A stretch of DNA of 64,000 nt from the NCBI GenBank assembly GCA_965214935.1, contig CBDCCS010000010.1:64001-128000 (forward strand), written 5' to 3'. Below, one piece after another: positions 29,110 to 39,694 of this stretch (position 1 is its first letter; each line of letters opens with the position of its first letter). The position numbers were made by a program, and so were the translations under genes. Under the pieces are notes generated by a model. It was not told where the DNA came from. It did not search any database and saw only the letters and a list, made by a program, of their open reading frames with translations. The DNA is from Candidatus Velthaea sp. Its GTDB lineage: Bacteria > Vulcanimicrobiota > Vulcanimicrobiia > Vulcanimicrobiales > Vulcanimicrobiaceae.

Positions 29110-30545
29110 ATGTTGAACTCCGCTGCAGCAACGGGCTCCCACGCTTCGCGTTCCGCGAGGCCGACGCGTGCAAAGCCGCTTTTCGGCCGGCCGTCGCCGC
29201 CGTTCGCGATTCCGCTATAGCCGATGCGCGCCAATGTTTGCGGATGCCCCAAATAATGTTTGACGGCGTCCGCGCATACGTCCGCGAACCACCTGCGCAT
29301 TTGAGCCGCGTTCAATGCAGCGGACGAATCGGCAGCAGCGTCGGCGAGTTGCAAGCCGTCGCCGGCGATACGCGTTAACAGTTGGTCCTGCCCTGCGCCT
29401 TGCAGCGCAGCAAAGTCGTGCCCGTACGCTTGACGCGCCGCTTCGTTGAGGGTCAGCAGCGCAGCACGATACGCTTGGGCATCGGGCGGCAACTCGGCGA
29501 AGCGCCACCCGTCGCCTGGTCCGAGCACCAGTTCGGTGTCGATGCGCGCTGCAAGATCGATTCGTCCGGTACCGGTCTGCGGTACGACGCGATCGAGTAC
29601 GGCGCGCAGCGCAGCAAAGGCACCTCGATCCATGGCGGCGGGTGCGTAGTCTGCATCATCGGGCCGTTCGCGTACTCGCAGCACCGCGCGTGTTTTTTCG
29701 CCGACGCGGTTTGAAGCAATGAGGTCGCGATAGGCGTTACTCGCCGCCGTCAAATGCTCGCGGTGACGAACCACTGCTGCCGCGTGGTCGTCGATCGAGC
29801 GCGCGAGTTCTTGTGGACGTTCGAGCGGCAGCAAATGTTTTGCGCCGGCGATCGTTATCAGGCGTGCGTTTGCAAAATGCGGCACCATCTTCACACGCTG
29901 CGCGGCCGGACCAAGATTTGCGTCGTTGGCACCGGCGACGATCAACGCCGGCGTTTGCAGAACGCCCACCCGATCGGTCCAATCTTCGCGACTGCCGGCT
30001 TCCAACCACGCGCGCCAAGCGGCGCGGTTCGCTCGCAGCACGTCGCTAACCGCGGAATCGTTGAGCTTCAATCCCAAATTAGCGCTGATATTGGCGTCGA
30101 CATAGCGTTGCGCGTCGGTGCGATTCGAGAATGCATCGCCATCGAACCAGCCGAGCATCGCTTGCCGTTGGGCTTCATCCATCGGTTCAGGACCGGGCGG
30201 CGAGCCGGCGACGAGGATGATCCCTTCGAGGCCGGCGAGTCCGGTCGCACCGTCTTCGGCGCGGCGCGCCAGCACCGCAGCTACTTTTGCACCCATGCTA
30301 TGACCGGCGATCATCCATCGGCGCGGCGCGCGCAAGTGTATCTCCCGTGCGATGGTGGCCGCCATCTCTTCCACCGTGTAGCCCTCAACCGCGGCCGCCA
30401 TGCCGAAGCCCGGTAGATCGAGACCCTCGCAGCGCAACCGTTCAAGGAGTGCGCCGACCGGTGCCCATTCTCGCCGGCTGCCGCCCAGATAGTGAAGACA
30501 AAACAGTAACGGACGATCGTAATCGGGGGGCTGGACCTCAAACAC
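29106..30545 (-). CDS. Alpha/beta hydrolase fused to a gluconate 2-dehydrogenase subunit 3-like domain
   Basis: GHSMG and HLLPLE in the N-terminal half; LDRVVPQ..GDGWRFAELPPD..YLGHP..IGYSG in the C-terminal half. Confidence 0.8.
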   Translation of the reverse strand: MFEVQPPDYDRPLLFCLHYLGGSRREWAPVGALLERLRCEGLDLPGFGMAAAVEGYTVEEMAATIAREIHLRAPRRWMIAGHSMGAKVAAVLARRAEDGATGLAGLEGIILVAGSPPGPEPMDEAQRQAMLGWFDGDAFSNRTDAQRYVDANISANLGLKLNDSAVSDVLRANRAAWRAWLEAGSREDWTDRVGVLQTPALIVAGANDANLGPAAQRVKMVPHFANARLITIAGAKHLLPLERPQELARSIDDHAAAVVRHREHLTAASNAYRDLIASNRVGEKTRAVLRVRERPDDADYAPAAMDRGAFAALRAVLDRVVPQTGTGRIDLAARIDTELVLGPGDGWRFAELPPDAQAYRAALLTLNEAARQAYGHDFAALQGAGQDQLLTRIAGDGLQLADAAADSSAALNAAQMRRWFADVCADAVKHYLGHPQTLARIGYSGIANGGDGRPKSGFARVGLAEREAWEPVAAAEFNI

Positions 30546-30722
30546 AGATCGTCAGACGCTCCGGAGAAATAATTGATTCCGGACGATCTCCGTCTTAACG
30601 TCAACGCGTACGTGCAGCGTGCTGCCGCCGGTTCCCTGCGTCGCTTTTGCGTTGCTGTGTGCGGTCTACGACGTGCGCTGTTCGCTCGCGAAGAACTCGG
30701 TTACCGGCTTCCGCGCAATTGC

Positions 30723-31403
30723 CTAACGTGCAAATGCGCTAACGAGCGGAACACCCGCAACCGACATCGCGACAGCCATCAGACACATTGCAAGCGACGC
30801 TGCCGCACCGCTCGTTTCGCCCTCCGCTACGGCTTGCGCCGTACCGATACCGTGCGAGATACATCCGAGGGCCAGGCCACGGGAAAGCGCATCGCGCAGT
30901 CGCAATAAGTCGAGCAACGCCGGACCGATGACAGCACCGCAAATACCGGTCGCGACGACGACGACGGCGATCAACGCCGGCGAAATCTGCATGAACGAGG
31001 CATACTGGATTGCAACTGCTGCCGTGACGGATTTCAGCAGCAGCAGTGCGGTTATTCCGCGATCGAGCCGCATGAGGTGTGCTAACAACACACTGACGAC
31101 GATTGTCGCCGCCGTACCACTTGCCAAGCCCGTCACGAAGGCGAGCCCGTTGCAACGTAAGACGGAGCGTTGCTTGTACAGGATAACGCCGAGAGCAGCG
31201 CAAGCCGGACCGATCCATACCGTAATCGATTGCTGCCCCAGTGCATAATCGGCGTACGACATGCGGCTTAGTTGCAACAAGATGATAATGAAAATGACCG
31301 ACGTTAACGCCGGTGTCGTGAATGGCGACGTCCAGCGTTTGCGCAGGTGCAAGCTTATGATATACGCACTCAAGGTGAGCGCTAACGCGCCGACGTCATT
31401 CAT
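30723..31403 (-). CDS. lrgB: LrgB/CidB family membrane protein
   Basis: GPACAALG..LY, KSVTAAVA, RGLALG..SHGIGTA. Confidence 0.88.
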   Translation of the reverse strand: MNDVGALALTLSAYIISLHLRKRWTSPFTTPALTSVIFIIILLQLSRMSYADYALGQQSITVWIGPACAALGVILYKQRSVLRCNGLAFVTGLASGTAATIVVSVLLAHLMRLDRGITALLLLKSVTAAVAIQYASFMQISPALIAVVVVATGICGAVIGPALLDLLRLRDALSRGLALGCISHGIGTAQAVAEGETSGAAASLAMCLMAVAMSVAGVPLVSAFAR

Positions 31404-31791
31404 GCTGCACCTGTCGCGTGCGAATAGCGTTCGCTGTAACGGCGGCAGTCGCGATCCCGGCACCGACGCTGAGAAGTACGATTGCAGCCAGCGGTGCGAG
31501 CAAGGTGCTCGCTCCGCGCAATGCGATGATGCCGACGGCGAACGGTACAAAGAACAAGCTGAGGTGCCGTACGAGCAGCGTGGCGCCGCGGTCGAGAGAT
31601 TTGAGCGGAATGCAGCCGCTCGTCAAGAGCGCAAAAGTAACGAGCATCGCAAGAGCGTTGCTCGGAACGGGGACATGAAGCCGGCGCGTTAATTCGTTCG
31701 TACCAGCGCTGATTGCCCAAAACGCGGCAAGGGCAAGAACGTACTCGGCGATGGTGAGCGTCCGGGAAGAGATCGAAACGCCTGAACGCAT
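31396..31791 (-). CDS. cidA: CidA/LrgA holin-like protein
   Basis: PVPSNALAM..LVRHLSLFFVPFAVGI. Confidence 0.85.
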   Translation of the reverse strand: MRSGVSISSRTLTIAEYVLALAAFWAISAGTNELTRRLHVPVPSNALAMLVTFALLTSGCIPLKSLDRGATLLVRHLSLFFVPFAVGIIALRGASTLLAPLAAIVLLSVGAGIATAAVTANAIRTRQVQHE

Positions 31792-31951
31792 GGACGAACC
31801 TCAACGAGCGGCGCGTTCAAAGCCGGATACCGATGGCTTGGCAACGCGGGCTTCGATCGACATCATAAAACACAAACGCGCTGCGTCGCATCCGTAGTGC
31901 ATCGCGGTCGCGCCGGCGCCGACCATTAAATAGCGGAGGCTTGAACGGTCG

Positions 31952-32398
31952 CTACGGCAGCTTGAGCTGTAACAACGCTAAGGTGCGGTCGTCGGCTGCT
32001 CCGTTCGCGTAACGTTGCAACGCTTGGTTGAAGATGCTGTTCGCTTCACCGTCGGCAACCGCGAATAACGTCATGCACGAGCGAAATTTGAAATCGTCGG
32101 GGTTTCCGAACACCGCGTAAAGTGACGGTGCATTACTTTCGAGCACGAGTGTCGTACACGCGCAAAGCCGTGGGCCGAGAACTGGATCAACAAGGAACGC
32201 TTGCGCTTCCTCGAGCGCTGAAAAGCCGAAGAATTGCGCCGTCGCCGACCGGCCCAGCTCGCGAAGCTGCGGAAAAATGTACCACATCCAATGCGTGCGC
32301 TTTCGGCTTGCCTGAAGCTCGCATACGACCGTTTCATAGACAGCACTTTGTGCCGTAATAAACCGGTTGAGATCGAATGGATCCGCCTGCGCAGACAT
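31952..32398 (-). CDS. DUF1810 family protein
   Basis: DPFDLNRF..RKRTHWMWYIFPQL..PDDFKFRSCMTLF. Confidence 0.9.
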   Translation of the reverse strand: MSAQADPFDLNRFITAQSAVYETVVCELQASRKRTHWMWYIFPQLRELGRSATAQFFGFSALEEAQAFLVDPVLGPRLCACTTLVLESNAPSLYAVFGNPDDFKFRSCMTLFAVADGEANSIFNQALQRYANGAADDRTLALLQLKLP

Positions 32399-32571
32399 TC
32401 CGGCTCCTTTCTTCGCTTCACGAGCGCTGCTTGTCCTCGAGCCTCGACCGCCGTGGCCGCCCATGCTTGTGCCGCTCGATGCGCCGGTTGCCGGTGCTTA
32501 CAACCGTATGCCTCGATTCACCCTGCGCGGGAAATATCCAAGCCGCAAAGCGCGAAACATTGGTGTCAGCT

Positions 32572-33348
32572 GTGAAAATTGCGACGTTCAACATCAATGG
32601 AATAAACGGTCGACTGGCCAATCTGCTCGATTGGCTTGAAACTTCGCGTCCGGACGTTGCATGTCTGCAAGAGATCAAGTGCCGGAATGCGGATTTCCCG
32701 CATCGCGCGCTCAATGCCGTCGGCTACCACGGCATCTGTCACGGGCAGGGACCGCACCATGGTGTGGCCGTGCTCGCGCGTGGCGTCGAACCGCTCGAAA
32801 CGCGCCGTGGATTGCCGGGAAGTTCGAGCGATCGTGAAGCGCGTTATTTAGAAGCGGCAGTCGACGGAGTGCTCGTCGGTTGCCTGTATCTTCCCAACGG
32901 TAACCCACAGCCCGGTCCGAAATTCGATTATAAATTAGCTTGGTTCGAGCGCTTGATCGCGCACGCGGCGGAACTGCAGCAACTCGGCATACCCGCCGTA
33001 CTTGCGGGCGATTACAACGTCGTACCAACCGATGCGGACGTTCGGAGCGTGCGCTCGTGGCAAGATAATGCCTTACTGCACCCTGCCGCCCGGGCTGCCT
33101 ACCGGCGACTTCTCGCGCAATCGTGGACCGACGCTATCCGCGTGTTGCATCCGACCGAACCGATGTATACGTACTGGGACTATCTGCGCAAAAGCTGGGG
33201 CCGTGACTCCGGGATGCGACTCGATCATCTGCTTCTTAGTGCGAGCCTCGCGGACCGGCTGACCGACGCGGGTGTCGACCGCGACGCCCGCGCGAAGGCG
33301 AATGCAAGCGATCATGCTCCGGCGTGGATCAACCTCAGTGCGGGTTGA
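32572..33348 (+). CDS. xth: Exodeoxyribonuclease III
   Basis: KIATFNING, LQEIK, YLPNGNP, GDYN, RLDHLL, SDHAP. Confidence 0.93.
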   Translation: MKIATFNINGINGRLANLLDWLETSRPDVACLQEIKCRNADFPHRALNAVGYHGICHGQGPHHGVAVLARGVEPLETRRGLPGSSSDREARYLEAAVDGVLVGCLYLPNGNPQPGPKFDYKLAWFERLIAHAAELQQLGIPAVLAGDYNVVPTDADVRSVRSWQDNALLHPAARAAYRRLLAQSWTDAIRVLHPTEPMYTYWDYLRKSWGRDSGMRLDHLLLSASLADRLTDAGVDRDARAKANASDHAPAWINLSAG

Positions 33349-33356
33349 TTACGCGC

Positions 33357-34253
33357 CTAGACCTTGACCGTAGAAGCTTGAAAGATTTCGTCGATTGCTT
33401 TGCCGAGCGAGGCGTCGAACTCGGCGTCGCTCATCGATGACTTTAAATCATCGACCAGAGCACGCGAAAAGCTCGCGATCATTCCATGATTGCGAGCCAG
33501 ACGCGCGCAAGCATCCGCTCGCGAATAACCGCCCGATAACGCGACGACGCGCTCGACGCGCTCGTCGGCGATCAGCGGCGCATACAGATCGGGGACATCG
33601 GGTATCGTGAGCTTCAACATGACGCGGCCGCCGGTCGGCAACGTATCGAGCCCTTTGGTAATCTCGCTAAGTAATATCGATTCCGCGGCCGGCTTGTCGG
33701 GGCTTTTAATTGATACCTCCGGTTCCAAAATCGGCATCAATCCGTGCGCTGCAATCTGCGCGCCGATCTCAAATTGTTGCTTGACGATCGCGGCGATTCC
33801 GGTCGGATTGGCCCGAGCGATCGTCGAGCGCATCTTCGTGCCGTACACCCCTAATCGAACCGCCCGCGCGAGCAAGTCATCCAAGCCGCTGATCGGCTTC
33901 ATGAGGCTTACGCCGTCGGTCTCGAGCTGCAATCCTTGATCGACTTTGAGAAACGGCACGACGCTGCGATCCTCCCACAAAAACGCCGGAACCGGTTTGC
34001 TCTCGACTTGACCGTCCATGGTGCGCTCGAAGAGAATCGCTGCAATGACTTTGTCGCCGCTAAACGCCGGCGCCGTCATGATGCGCACGCGCATTTCGTG
34101 CATGAGCTTGAACATCTCGGCATCGCCGTCGTACGCATTCTCCGGAATTCCGTAAAGCCGCAACGCTCCGGGCGTTGAGCCGCCGCTTTGATCGAGGGCG
34201 GCAAGAAAGCCGGGTTTTCCGGCGATTTGTTCGCTCATCGCGACACTTGACAC
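33357..34253 (-). CDS. Class I fructose-bisphosphate aldolase
   Basis: AALDQSGGSTPGAL, FLKVD, GTKMRS, ILEPEV, MLKLTIP, ASFSRAL; GGAGG RBS before GTG. Confidence 0.92.
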   Translation of the reverse strand: MSSVAMSEQIAGKPGFLAALDQSGGSTPGALRLYGIPENAYDGDAEMFKLMHEMRVRIMTAPAFSGDKVIAAILFERTMDGQVESKPVPAFLWEDRSVVPFLKVDQGLQLETDGVSLMKPISGLDDLLARAVRLGVYGTKMRSTIARANPTGIAAIVKQQFEIGAQIAAHGLMPILEPEVSIKSPDKPAAESILLSEITKGLDTLPTGGRVMLKLTIPDVPDLYAPLIADERVERVVALSGGYSRADACARLARNHGMIASFSRALVDDLKSSMSDAEFDASLGKAIDEIFQASTVKV

Positions 34254-34489
34254 GATACACACCTCCACGAGATACGGTCGTTGAACACGTCGACGGATGT
34301 TACGTTCGCCGTAGCGTTCGCCCGCGGCCGACAGCTGCAATGCGGGTGAACCAACGCGTAACAACTTGGCCGCAACGTATCGCATCGGCCTGCCTCGTTT
34401 GCAGCGCATCAATTCTTTTTCGCTGCCGGCGTTGCGCACATCCACGCGTACGATCGCGCGAACTCGCGTAACAGCCGGGCGACAAAGTT

Positions 34490-34804
34490 CTAGCGTAGCG
34501 GGCTGAAGTCAGTCGGCACCAGAATGCAATTGCTTTGCGTTTGAAATAGCGGCAGTGCGGTCTTGAGATAATCCTGCCAGCCCGGCGCCGACATGAGCGT
34601 CCTACGACGTTGCTCGCGGTCCGCCATGTCGACGTACTTCCACCAAAAAACCACTTGATGCAACGTTCCCACGTCGGTTGTAAAGACGCCGACCGGCGCG
34701 CCGAGAATCGGCCATTGAATCGGTGCACCAACGGCTGTATAGACGTTCATGAAATCGCCGACTTTGCCGGGATAGCAGCTATACGTTCGCGCATCAATGA
34801 TCAC
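34490..34804 (-). CDS. NIPSNAP family protein
   Basis: IDARTY..PGK..G.F.TDVG.LHQVV..W.Y....REQRR..ILVPTDFSP. Confidence 0.85.
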   Translation of the reverse strand: MIIDARTYSCYPGKVGDFMNVYTAVGAPIQWPILGAPVGVFTTDVGTLHQVVFWWKYVDMADREQRRRTLMSAPGWQDYLKTALPLFQTQSNCILVPTDFSPLR

Positions 34805-34828
34805 GATTGCGGCTCCGTATGCGCAGAG

Positions 34829-35779
34829 CTAATTCGTGGGAACGGGCTCGCGCGCCGCACTGCTTCGCGCCTCGACCCGAGCACCGCCGTTCGCCTCCGC
34901 CGGCTGTCCGATGCCGCTGAGTTGTTCGACGATCGTGTAGATAATTGCTGAATCCAACTCTCCCTTGTGCTGTGCTTTGGCAGCGCGCAGCACCTCGAGC
35001 GCCACCGATGCAACCGGCGTTGCCGCACCGACGGCGTTTGCCAGCGCTACCGCCGTCGACAGATCTTTGTGCATGTTATTGGTCGAAAAGTGCGGCGCAA
35101 AATCATGATCGATCATACGCTGGCCGCGAGTCTCCATCGCCCCCGTCCGCGCACCACCGACGCTCGTAATCTCGCGAAGACAGTTCGGATCGATACCGGC
35201 TTTGCGCGCTAGAACAAGAGCCTCGGCAACGGCTTGAATGGCCACGCCGAGGATGAGGTTATTTACGAGCTTGAGCGTCGAGCCCGTTCCGGAAGGTCCG
35301 GCGTGTACGATGACCGTTGAAAGCTTCTCAAGCAGCGGACGCACCGCTTCGACCGTGTCGGCGTCGCCGCCGATCATGATCCCGAGCTTTGCGGCTGCGG
35401 CAACCTTCGGATTGCCGGTAACCGGGGCGTCGAGAAAACGTACGCCGCGCTCGGTCGCGCGAGCAGCGAACGAACGTGAACTCTCCGGCGGGATCGAACT
35501 CATGTCGATCACGATCGAACCGGGTTTTGCCGATGCGAGGATGCCGTCGGAACCGCAGATGACTGCTTCCGCCGCAGCCGCATCGGTGACCATCGTCATG
35601 ATGACGTCCGCGTGCAAAGCGAGTTCGCGAATCGAAGCGGCCCACGATGCGCCGGCCGCTAACAGCGGCTCGGCCTTTTCTTTCGTGCGATTCCAAACCG
35701 CAACGTCGTAGCCGGCCTTCAACAGATTAACTGTAATCTGCGTTCCCATGAGGCCCAACCCGACAAAGCCAACGCGCAT
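34829..35779 (-). CDS. Beta-hydroxyacid dehydrogenase (3-hydroxyisobutyrate DH / LtnD family)
   Basis: VGFVGLGLMG, FLDAPVTG, KLVNN, KDL. Confidence 0.88.
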   Translation of the reverse strand: MRVGFVGLGLMGTQITVNLLKAGYDVAVWNRTKEKAEPLLAAGASWAASIRELALHADVIMTMVTDAAAAEAVICGSDGILASAKPGSIVIDMSSIPPESSRSFAARATERGVRFLDAPVTGNPKVAAAAKLGIMIGGDADTVEAVRPLLEKLSTVIVHAGPSGTGSTLKLVNNLILGVAIQAVAEALVLARKAGIDPNCLREITSVGGARTGAMETRGQRMIDHDFAPHFSTNNMHKDLSTAVALANAVGAATPVASVALEVLRAAKAQHKGELDSAIIYTIVEQLSGIGQPAEANGGARVEARSSAAREPVPTN

Positions 35780-35810
35780 AATCGTTTCCTTTTCTGACTC
35801 GCCGTCGTAG

Positions 35811-36452
35811 TTACCACGTCGTTCCGAAGGCGGTTCGCAATTCGTCGAGCGCCGGCTCAGCAAGCGCTGCCGGCTTCGGATCCGAGCGCAGCCAAAGCTT
35901 GGCGGTCTCCTCGAGTTCTTCAAGCGCACATGCCGCAGCGAGCGGCGTTTCGCCCCACACGACGGGACCGAGCCGTTCGAGCAGCACCGCCCGCACGTGC
36001 TTGGGCAAAGCGCGGATGTGCTCGGCGACCTGCGGATCGCCCGGCCGATAATAGCGCACGAGCGGAACGTGACCGAGCTTCATAACGAAATACGGTGTGA
36101 TCGGCGGCAATACGTCGGTTTCGCGCCAGACACCCGTCAATGTCAGTTGTACGAGACTGGTTGAATGCGTGTGAACGACGGCTCCGATGCCCGGATCTGT
36201 AGCGTATATCGCTCGATGCAAGTGCAACGTCTTTGACGGTTTGTTGCCGGAAAGCCGGCTGCCGTCGAGGCCGACTTTTGCAAGCATCGCCGGCTCGAGG
36301 TAACCGAAGCACGCATCCGTCGGGGTGATAAGCCAGCCATCCGGCAGACGCGCGCTGATGTTACCGGACGTACCCACGGTATAACCGCGTTGAAATAAGC
36401 TGATGCCGACGCGGCAAATTTCGGTACGCAACGCGTCCTCGTCATCAGGCAT
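35811..36452 (-). CDS. otnC: 3-oxo-tetronate 4-phosphate decarboxylase (class II aldolase)
   Basis: GTSGNISAR, KPSK..LH, VVHTHS, PPITPYFVMK, EELEETAKL; adjacent to otnK. Confidence 0.8.
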   Translation of the reverse strand: MPDDEDALRTEICRVGISLFQRGYTVGTSGNISARLPDGWLITPTDACFGYLEPAMLAKVGLDGSRLSGNKPSKTLHLHRAIYATDPGIGAVVHTHSTSLVQLTLTGVWRETDVLPPITPYFVMKLGHVPLVRYYRPGDPQVAEHIRALPKHVRAVLLERLGPVVWGETPLAAACALEELEETAKLWLRSDPKPAALAEPALDELRTAFGTTW

Positions 36453-37743
36453 GTGCGGCGGTCTCGTGGAACGCCAACGCCTTCGAGAAAAAATCGAGCG
36501 ATCCGAAATTCCCCGATTTGAGCGCAAGCGCGATCGGGTCGGGACCCGGCGTCATCGTCCATGGAACGCCGGGATCGATTTGCTCCCCGATTCGAAGCGC
36601 CGTGACGTTCAAGGCTTGGACGACCGCACCGGACGTTTCCCCGCCCGCGATGACGAAGCGCCGGACGCCTCGCGCATGCAGAGCCCGCGCAATCTCCGCT
36701 AGGGCCGACTCGACGAGTGCTCCGGCTGCAGCAGCGCCCAATGCTGCTTGAACGGCCTGCACCTGTGTCGGGGCGGTCCCGGCATAGATGAGCACCGGTT
36801 CGCCGGCGTGCGTTTCGTGAGCAAACGTAAGGGCGGCGTCGACGACCTGTGCCATTCCGTCCGCCCCAGCGGCTAATTTAAACGGATCGACATAAAAGGC
36901 CGGCCGGTCCGAACGCCAGCGGTCGATTTGGGCAAGTGTTGCTTGCGAACAGCTGCCGGCCAGAATGACGGCTCGTTCCCCGGCCGGCGACTCAACGTCA
37001 GCTCGAGCGGTCGTTTCAATCGTACGCGCGTCGCATAACGCCCGTGCCACACCGCGGCCGAGCCCCGAACCACCGGTCGCGAGCCGCAGATCGATGGCAA
37101 CTTGCCCTAAGACGTCGAGATCGCCATCGGAGATCGCATCTGCGACGGCGATGCTATCGCCCGCGGCATGTAGCGCTTGCAATGCGTCGCGACACGCATC
37201 GTAACCGCGTGTAACGTCCGCATACCGGAGCAGCCCGACGCGTGCGCTGGACTGCCGTTGTAACACGCGAACGAGATTCGCATCCCGCATCGGCGTCAGT
37301 GGATGCAGTTCCATACCCGATTCACTAAGCAGCCGGTCGCCGACGAATAGATGGCCGCGGAATACCGTTCGTCCGGTTTCCGGAAACGCGGGGCACGCAA
37401 GTGTCAGCGGAGTCCCCAGCGCGCGCATGAGCGCATCGGTGACCGGCCCGATATTACCCGCGTCGGTTGAATCAAACGTCGAGCAATACTTAAAATAGTA
37501 CTGCGAGCAGCCTTGTTCGCGCAGCCAGCGCAACGCTTCAAGCGACTGCTCGACGGCATCCGCTGCAGGGACGGTTCTCGTCTTAAGCGATACGATCACG
37601 GCAGCGACCGGCTCGCCAAGAGCCGTCGCCGGCACACCGATCGTCTGGATCGTGCGAATACCTTGACGCACGAACGTGTTTCCCAAATCCGTTGCGCCGG
37701 TGAAATCATCGGCGATACAGCCCAGTACCGGCGAATCGCTCAT
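36445..37743 (-). CDS. otnK: 3-oxo-tetronate kinase (DUF1537)
   Basis: LGCIADDFTGATD, YFKYCSTFDSTDAGNIGPV, AGGETSGAV, LALKSGNFG. Confidence 0.9.
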   Translation of the reverse strand: MSDSPVLGCIADDFTGATDLGNTFVRQGIRTIQTIGVPATALGEPVAAVIVSLKTRTVPAADAVEQSLEALRWLREQGCSQYYFKYCSTFDSTDAGNIGPVTDALMRALGTPLTLACPAFPETGRTVFRGHLFVGDRLLSESGMELHPLTPMRDANLVRVLQRQSSARVGLLRYADVTRGYDACRDALQALHAAGDSIAVADAISDGDLDVLGQVAIDLRLATGGSGLGRGVARALCDARTIETTARADVESPAGERAVILAGSCSQATLAQIDRWRSDRPAFYVDPFKLAAGADGMAQVVDAALTFAHETHAGEPVLIYAGTAPTQVQAVQAALGAAAAGALVESALAEIARALHARGVRRFVIAGGETSGAVVQALNVTALRIGEQIDPGVPWTMTPGPDPIALALKSGNFGSLDFFSKALAFHETAAHA

Positions 37744-37846
37744 CGGATCGTTACGGGCATGTAAGCGCGGCACAACGAATTCGGAGCGGCCGCAATTGCG
37801 AGCCGCTCTAAACCGTCGTGCAATCGTCGGTTTTCGGCGCCGAGAA

Positions 37847-39301
37847 TTAGTTGACGCCGGGCAAAACCGGAACCGGCTCGTCGACGTGCAGAACGGTGCT
37901 CGTCTCGACATTGCCGTTCTCGCCGTTGCTTGCATGTCCGTTAGCGTTTTGCACGGCTCCGCGATGAGCGTTACCAGACGTAACGCCGGCGGTGTGACCG
38001 TTGCTGCTTTGCGCGACCGCGGCGACCGGTTCGGCGAACGAGATCTGTCCGCTGAACGGCTTGTAAAAGACGCCGTCTTTCATAATCGCCAAGAAGCTGT
38101 TGCGGTCTTGCAACAGGCTCAAATCGAGCAACGGATTACCGTCGACGAGCAGAATGTCGGCCAAGTAGCCCGGCGCAATGCGGCCGATCTTCTCACCCGA
38201 TTTGCCGGCCCACGCAATGCCGCCGTAGGCGGTTGCCGCACGCAGCGATTCCCACGGCTCGAAGCCCAGCAGATTCACGAAGTGCTCGAGATCGCGTGCT
38301 TCGGTGCCGTGCGGTAACCACGCAAAGCCGTAATCGCCGAACGGCAGCACGTAAATACCGGCAGCATGCATCTTTTTCATCGTGATGATGCCTTGCTCGA
38401 GTTCGTTCTTATTTCCGATCATTTCCGCGATATCGGTCGTTATGCCGAAGTCTTTGGCTTCATACGTCGTGTTGTAACGGGCGGCCAAACCCGGTACCAC
38501 GTAATGTTTATCTTTGACTTTGGCGAGTTCGGCGATCGTTTCGTCGGTTGCGAAGCTTGCATGATAGATGAATTCAACACCGTGTTTCATGCATTGGCGT
38601 ACCGAACTATCAGCGTGCGCATGCGCTGCGAGCCGCTTGCCGATGTTGTTTGCCGTATCGCAGATGGCGGCGCACTCTTCGTCGGTCATCGGGTTGTCGT
38701 AGGCCGACATCTTCGGATAGCAAAAACTATCACCCGAGTTGTTGAACTTGATGAGATCGACGCCTTCGCGGATCAACATGCGCACGGTTTTGCGAAACTC
38801 GTGCGGCCCGTCGCAAATAATCGAGACAGAGGGGTGCTTTTGATCGAGCTGGTCGTCGTCGGCTAAACCACCCGTCACGGTGAGTTCGGGCGACCCCGCC
38901 AGCAGCCGCGGACCGGGTATTTTGCCGGCATTGATTTCATTGCGAATGACGATATCCAAGCGCGGCTTGGCAGCGGCGGCACCGACCGCTGCCGTGAAGC
39001 CCATATCGAGCATCCGCTTTGCGTTGTGCATCGAAACGAGCACGTGCTCTTCGATCGGAAGCGCCGTAAGCTCCGGCAACGTCGTGCCGTTGATGTACGT
39101 CAGATGGCAATGCGTGTTGATCATGCCGGGCATCAGCGTACTGCCGCCGGCATCGACGACTTCAACGCCTTCGCGCGATAATTGTTCGCTTGGACCGGCG
39201 ACGGTCTCGATCCGGTTTCCGTCGACTAAGACCTCGCCCGGCACGAGCTCTTTGCCGGTTCCCTCGAAAATCATGACGTTTGTAAACAGAATTTTCGACA
39301 T
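37847..39301 (-). CDS. Metal-dependent amidohydrolase (prolidase-like subtype) with low-complexity tail
   Basis: MPGMINTHCH, DLIK, AHAH, YHAS, FGD, GYLADILLVDGNP. Confidence 0.88.
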   Translation of the reverse strand: MSKILFTNVMIFEGTGKELVPGEVLVDGNRIETVAGPSEQLSREGVEVVDAGGSTLMPGMINTHCHLTYINGTTLPELTALPIEEHVLVSMHNAKRMLDMGFTAAVGAAAAKPRLDIVIRNEINAGKIPGPRLLAGSPELTVTGGLADDDQLDQKHPSVSIICDGPHEFRKTVRMLIREGVDLIKFNNSGDSFCYPKMSAYDNPMTDEECAAICDTANNIGKRLAAHAHADSSVRQCMKHGVEFIYHASFATDETIAELAKVKDKHYVVPGLAARYNTTYEAKDFGITTDIAEMIGNKNELEQGIITMKKMHAAGIYVLPFGDYGFAWLPHGTEARDLEHFVNLLGFEPWESLRAATAYGGIAWAGKSGEKIGRIAPGYLADILLVDGNPLLDLSLLQDRNSFLAIMKDGVFYKPFSGQISFAEPVAAVAQSSNGHTAGVTSGNAHRGAVQNANGHASNGENGNVETSTVLHVDEPVPVLPGVN

Positions 39302-39337
39302 CGCGTTCCCTTTCGTTGCGGTGCTGATCTCGGAGTT

Positions 39338-39694
39338 TTAAGCGTGTTGCATACTGACGCGATCGGAGACTCGCTCGCGCAGCGAGGATGGTAATGCATC
39401 GACCGGAACGTTACCGTCGGCACTCTCGGCGTATGCGGATGCAGCGAGCAATAACGCCGACGCATCGTCTTCAGTGAGTCCGCTAAAGCGGATGAGCGTC
39501 TTGCCCGGCGCACGCAATGCAGCCGCACACGGATGCGGACAACTGTTGAGGCACTCGACGGCACGTATGGTCGTGACGCCGTTTCGGCTTTGCCGGCGAA
39601 TCGCATTGGCCAAACGCTCGCCCGGAGTCGGCTTGGCCGCCGAACGCGCGGCGTTCCGATCGCAGGTGATGCAAACGAAGATCTTACCGCTCAT
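39338..39694 (-). CDS. DUF1636 family protein
   Basis: IFVCITC..VECLNSCPHPCAAAL..GK..F. Confidence 0.85.
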   Translation of the reverse strand: MSGKIFVCITCDRNAARSAAKPTPGERLANAIRRQSRNGVTTIRAVECLNSCPHPCAAALRAPGKTLIRFSGLTEDDASALLLAASAYAESADGNVPVDALPSSLRERVSDRVSMQHA

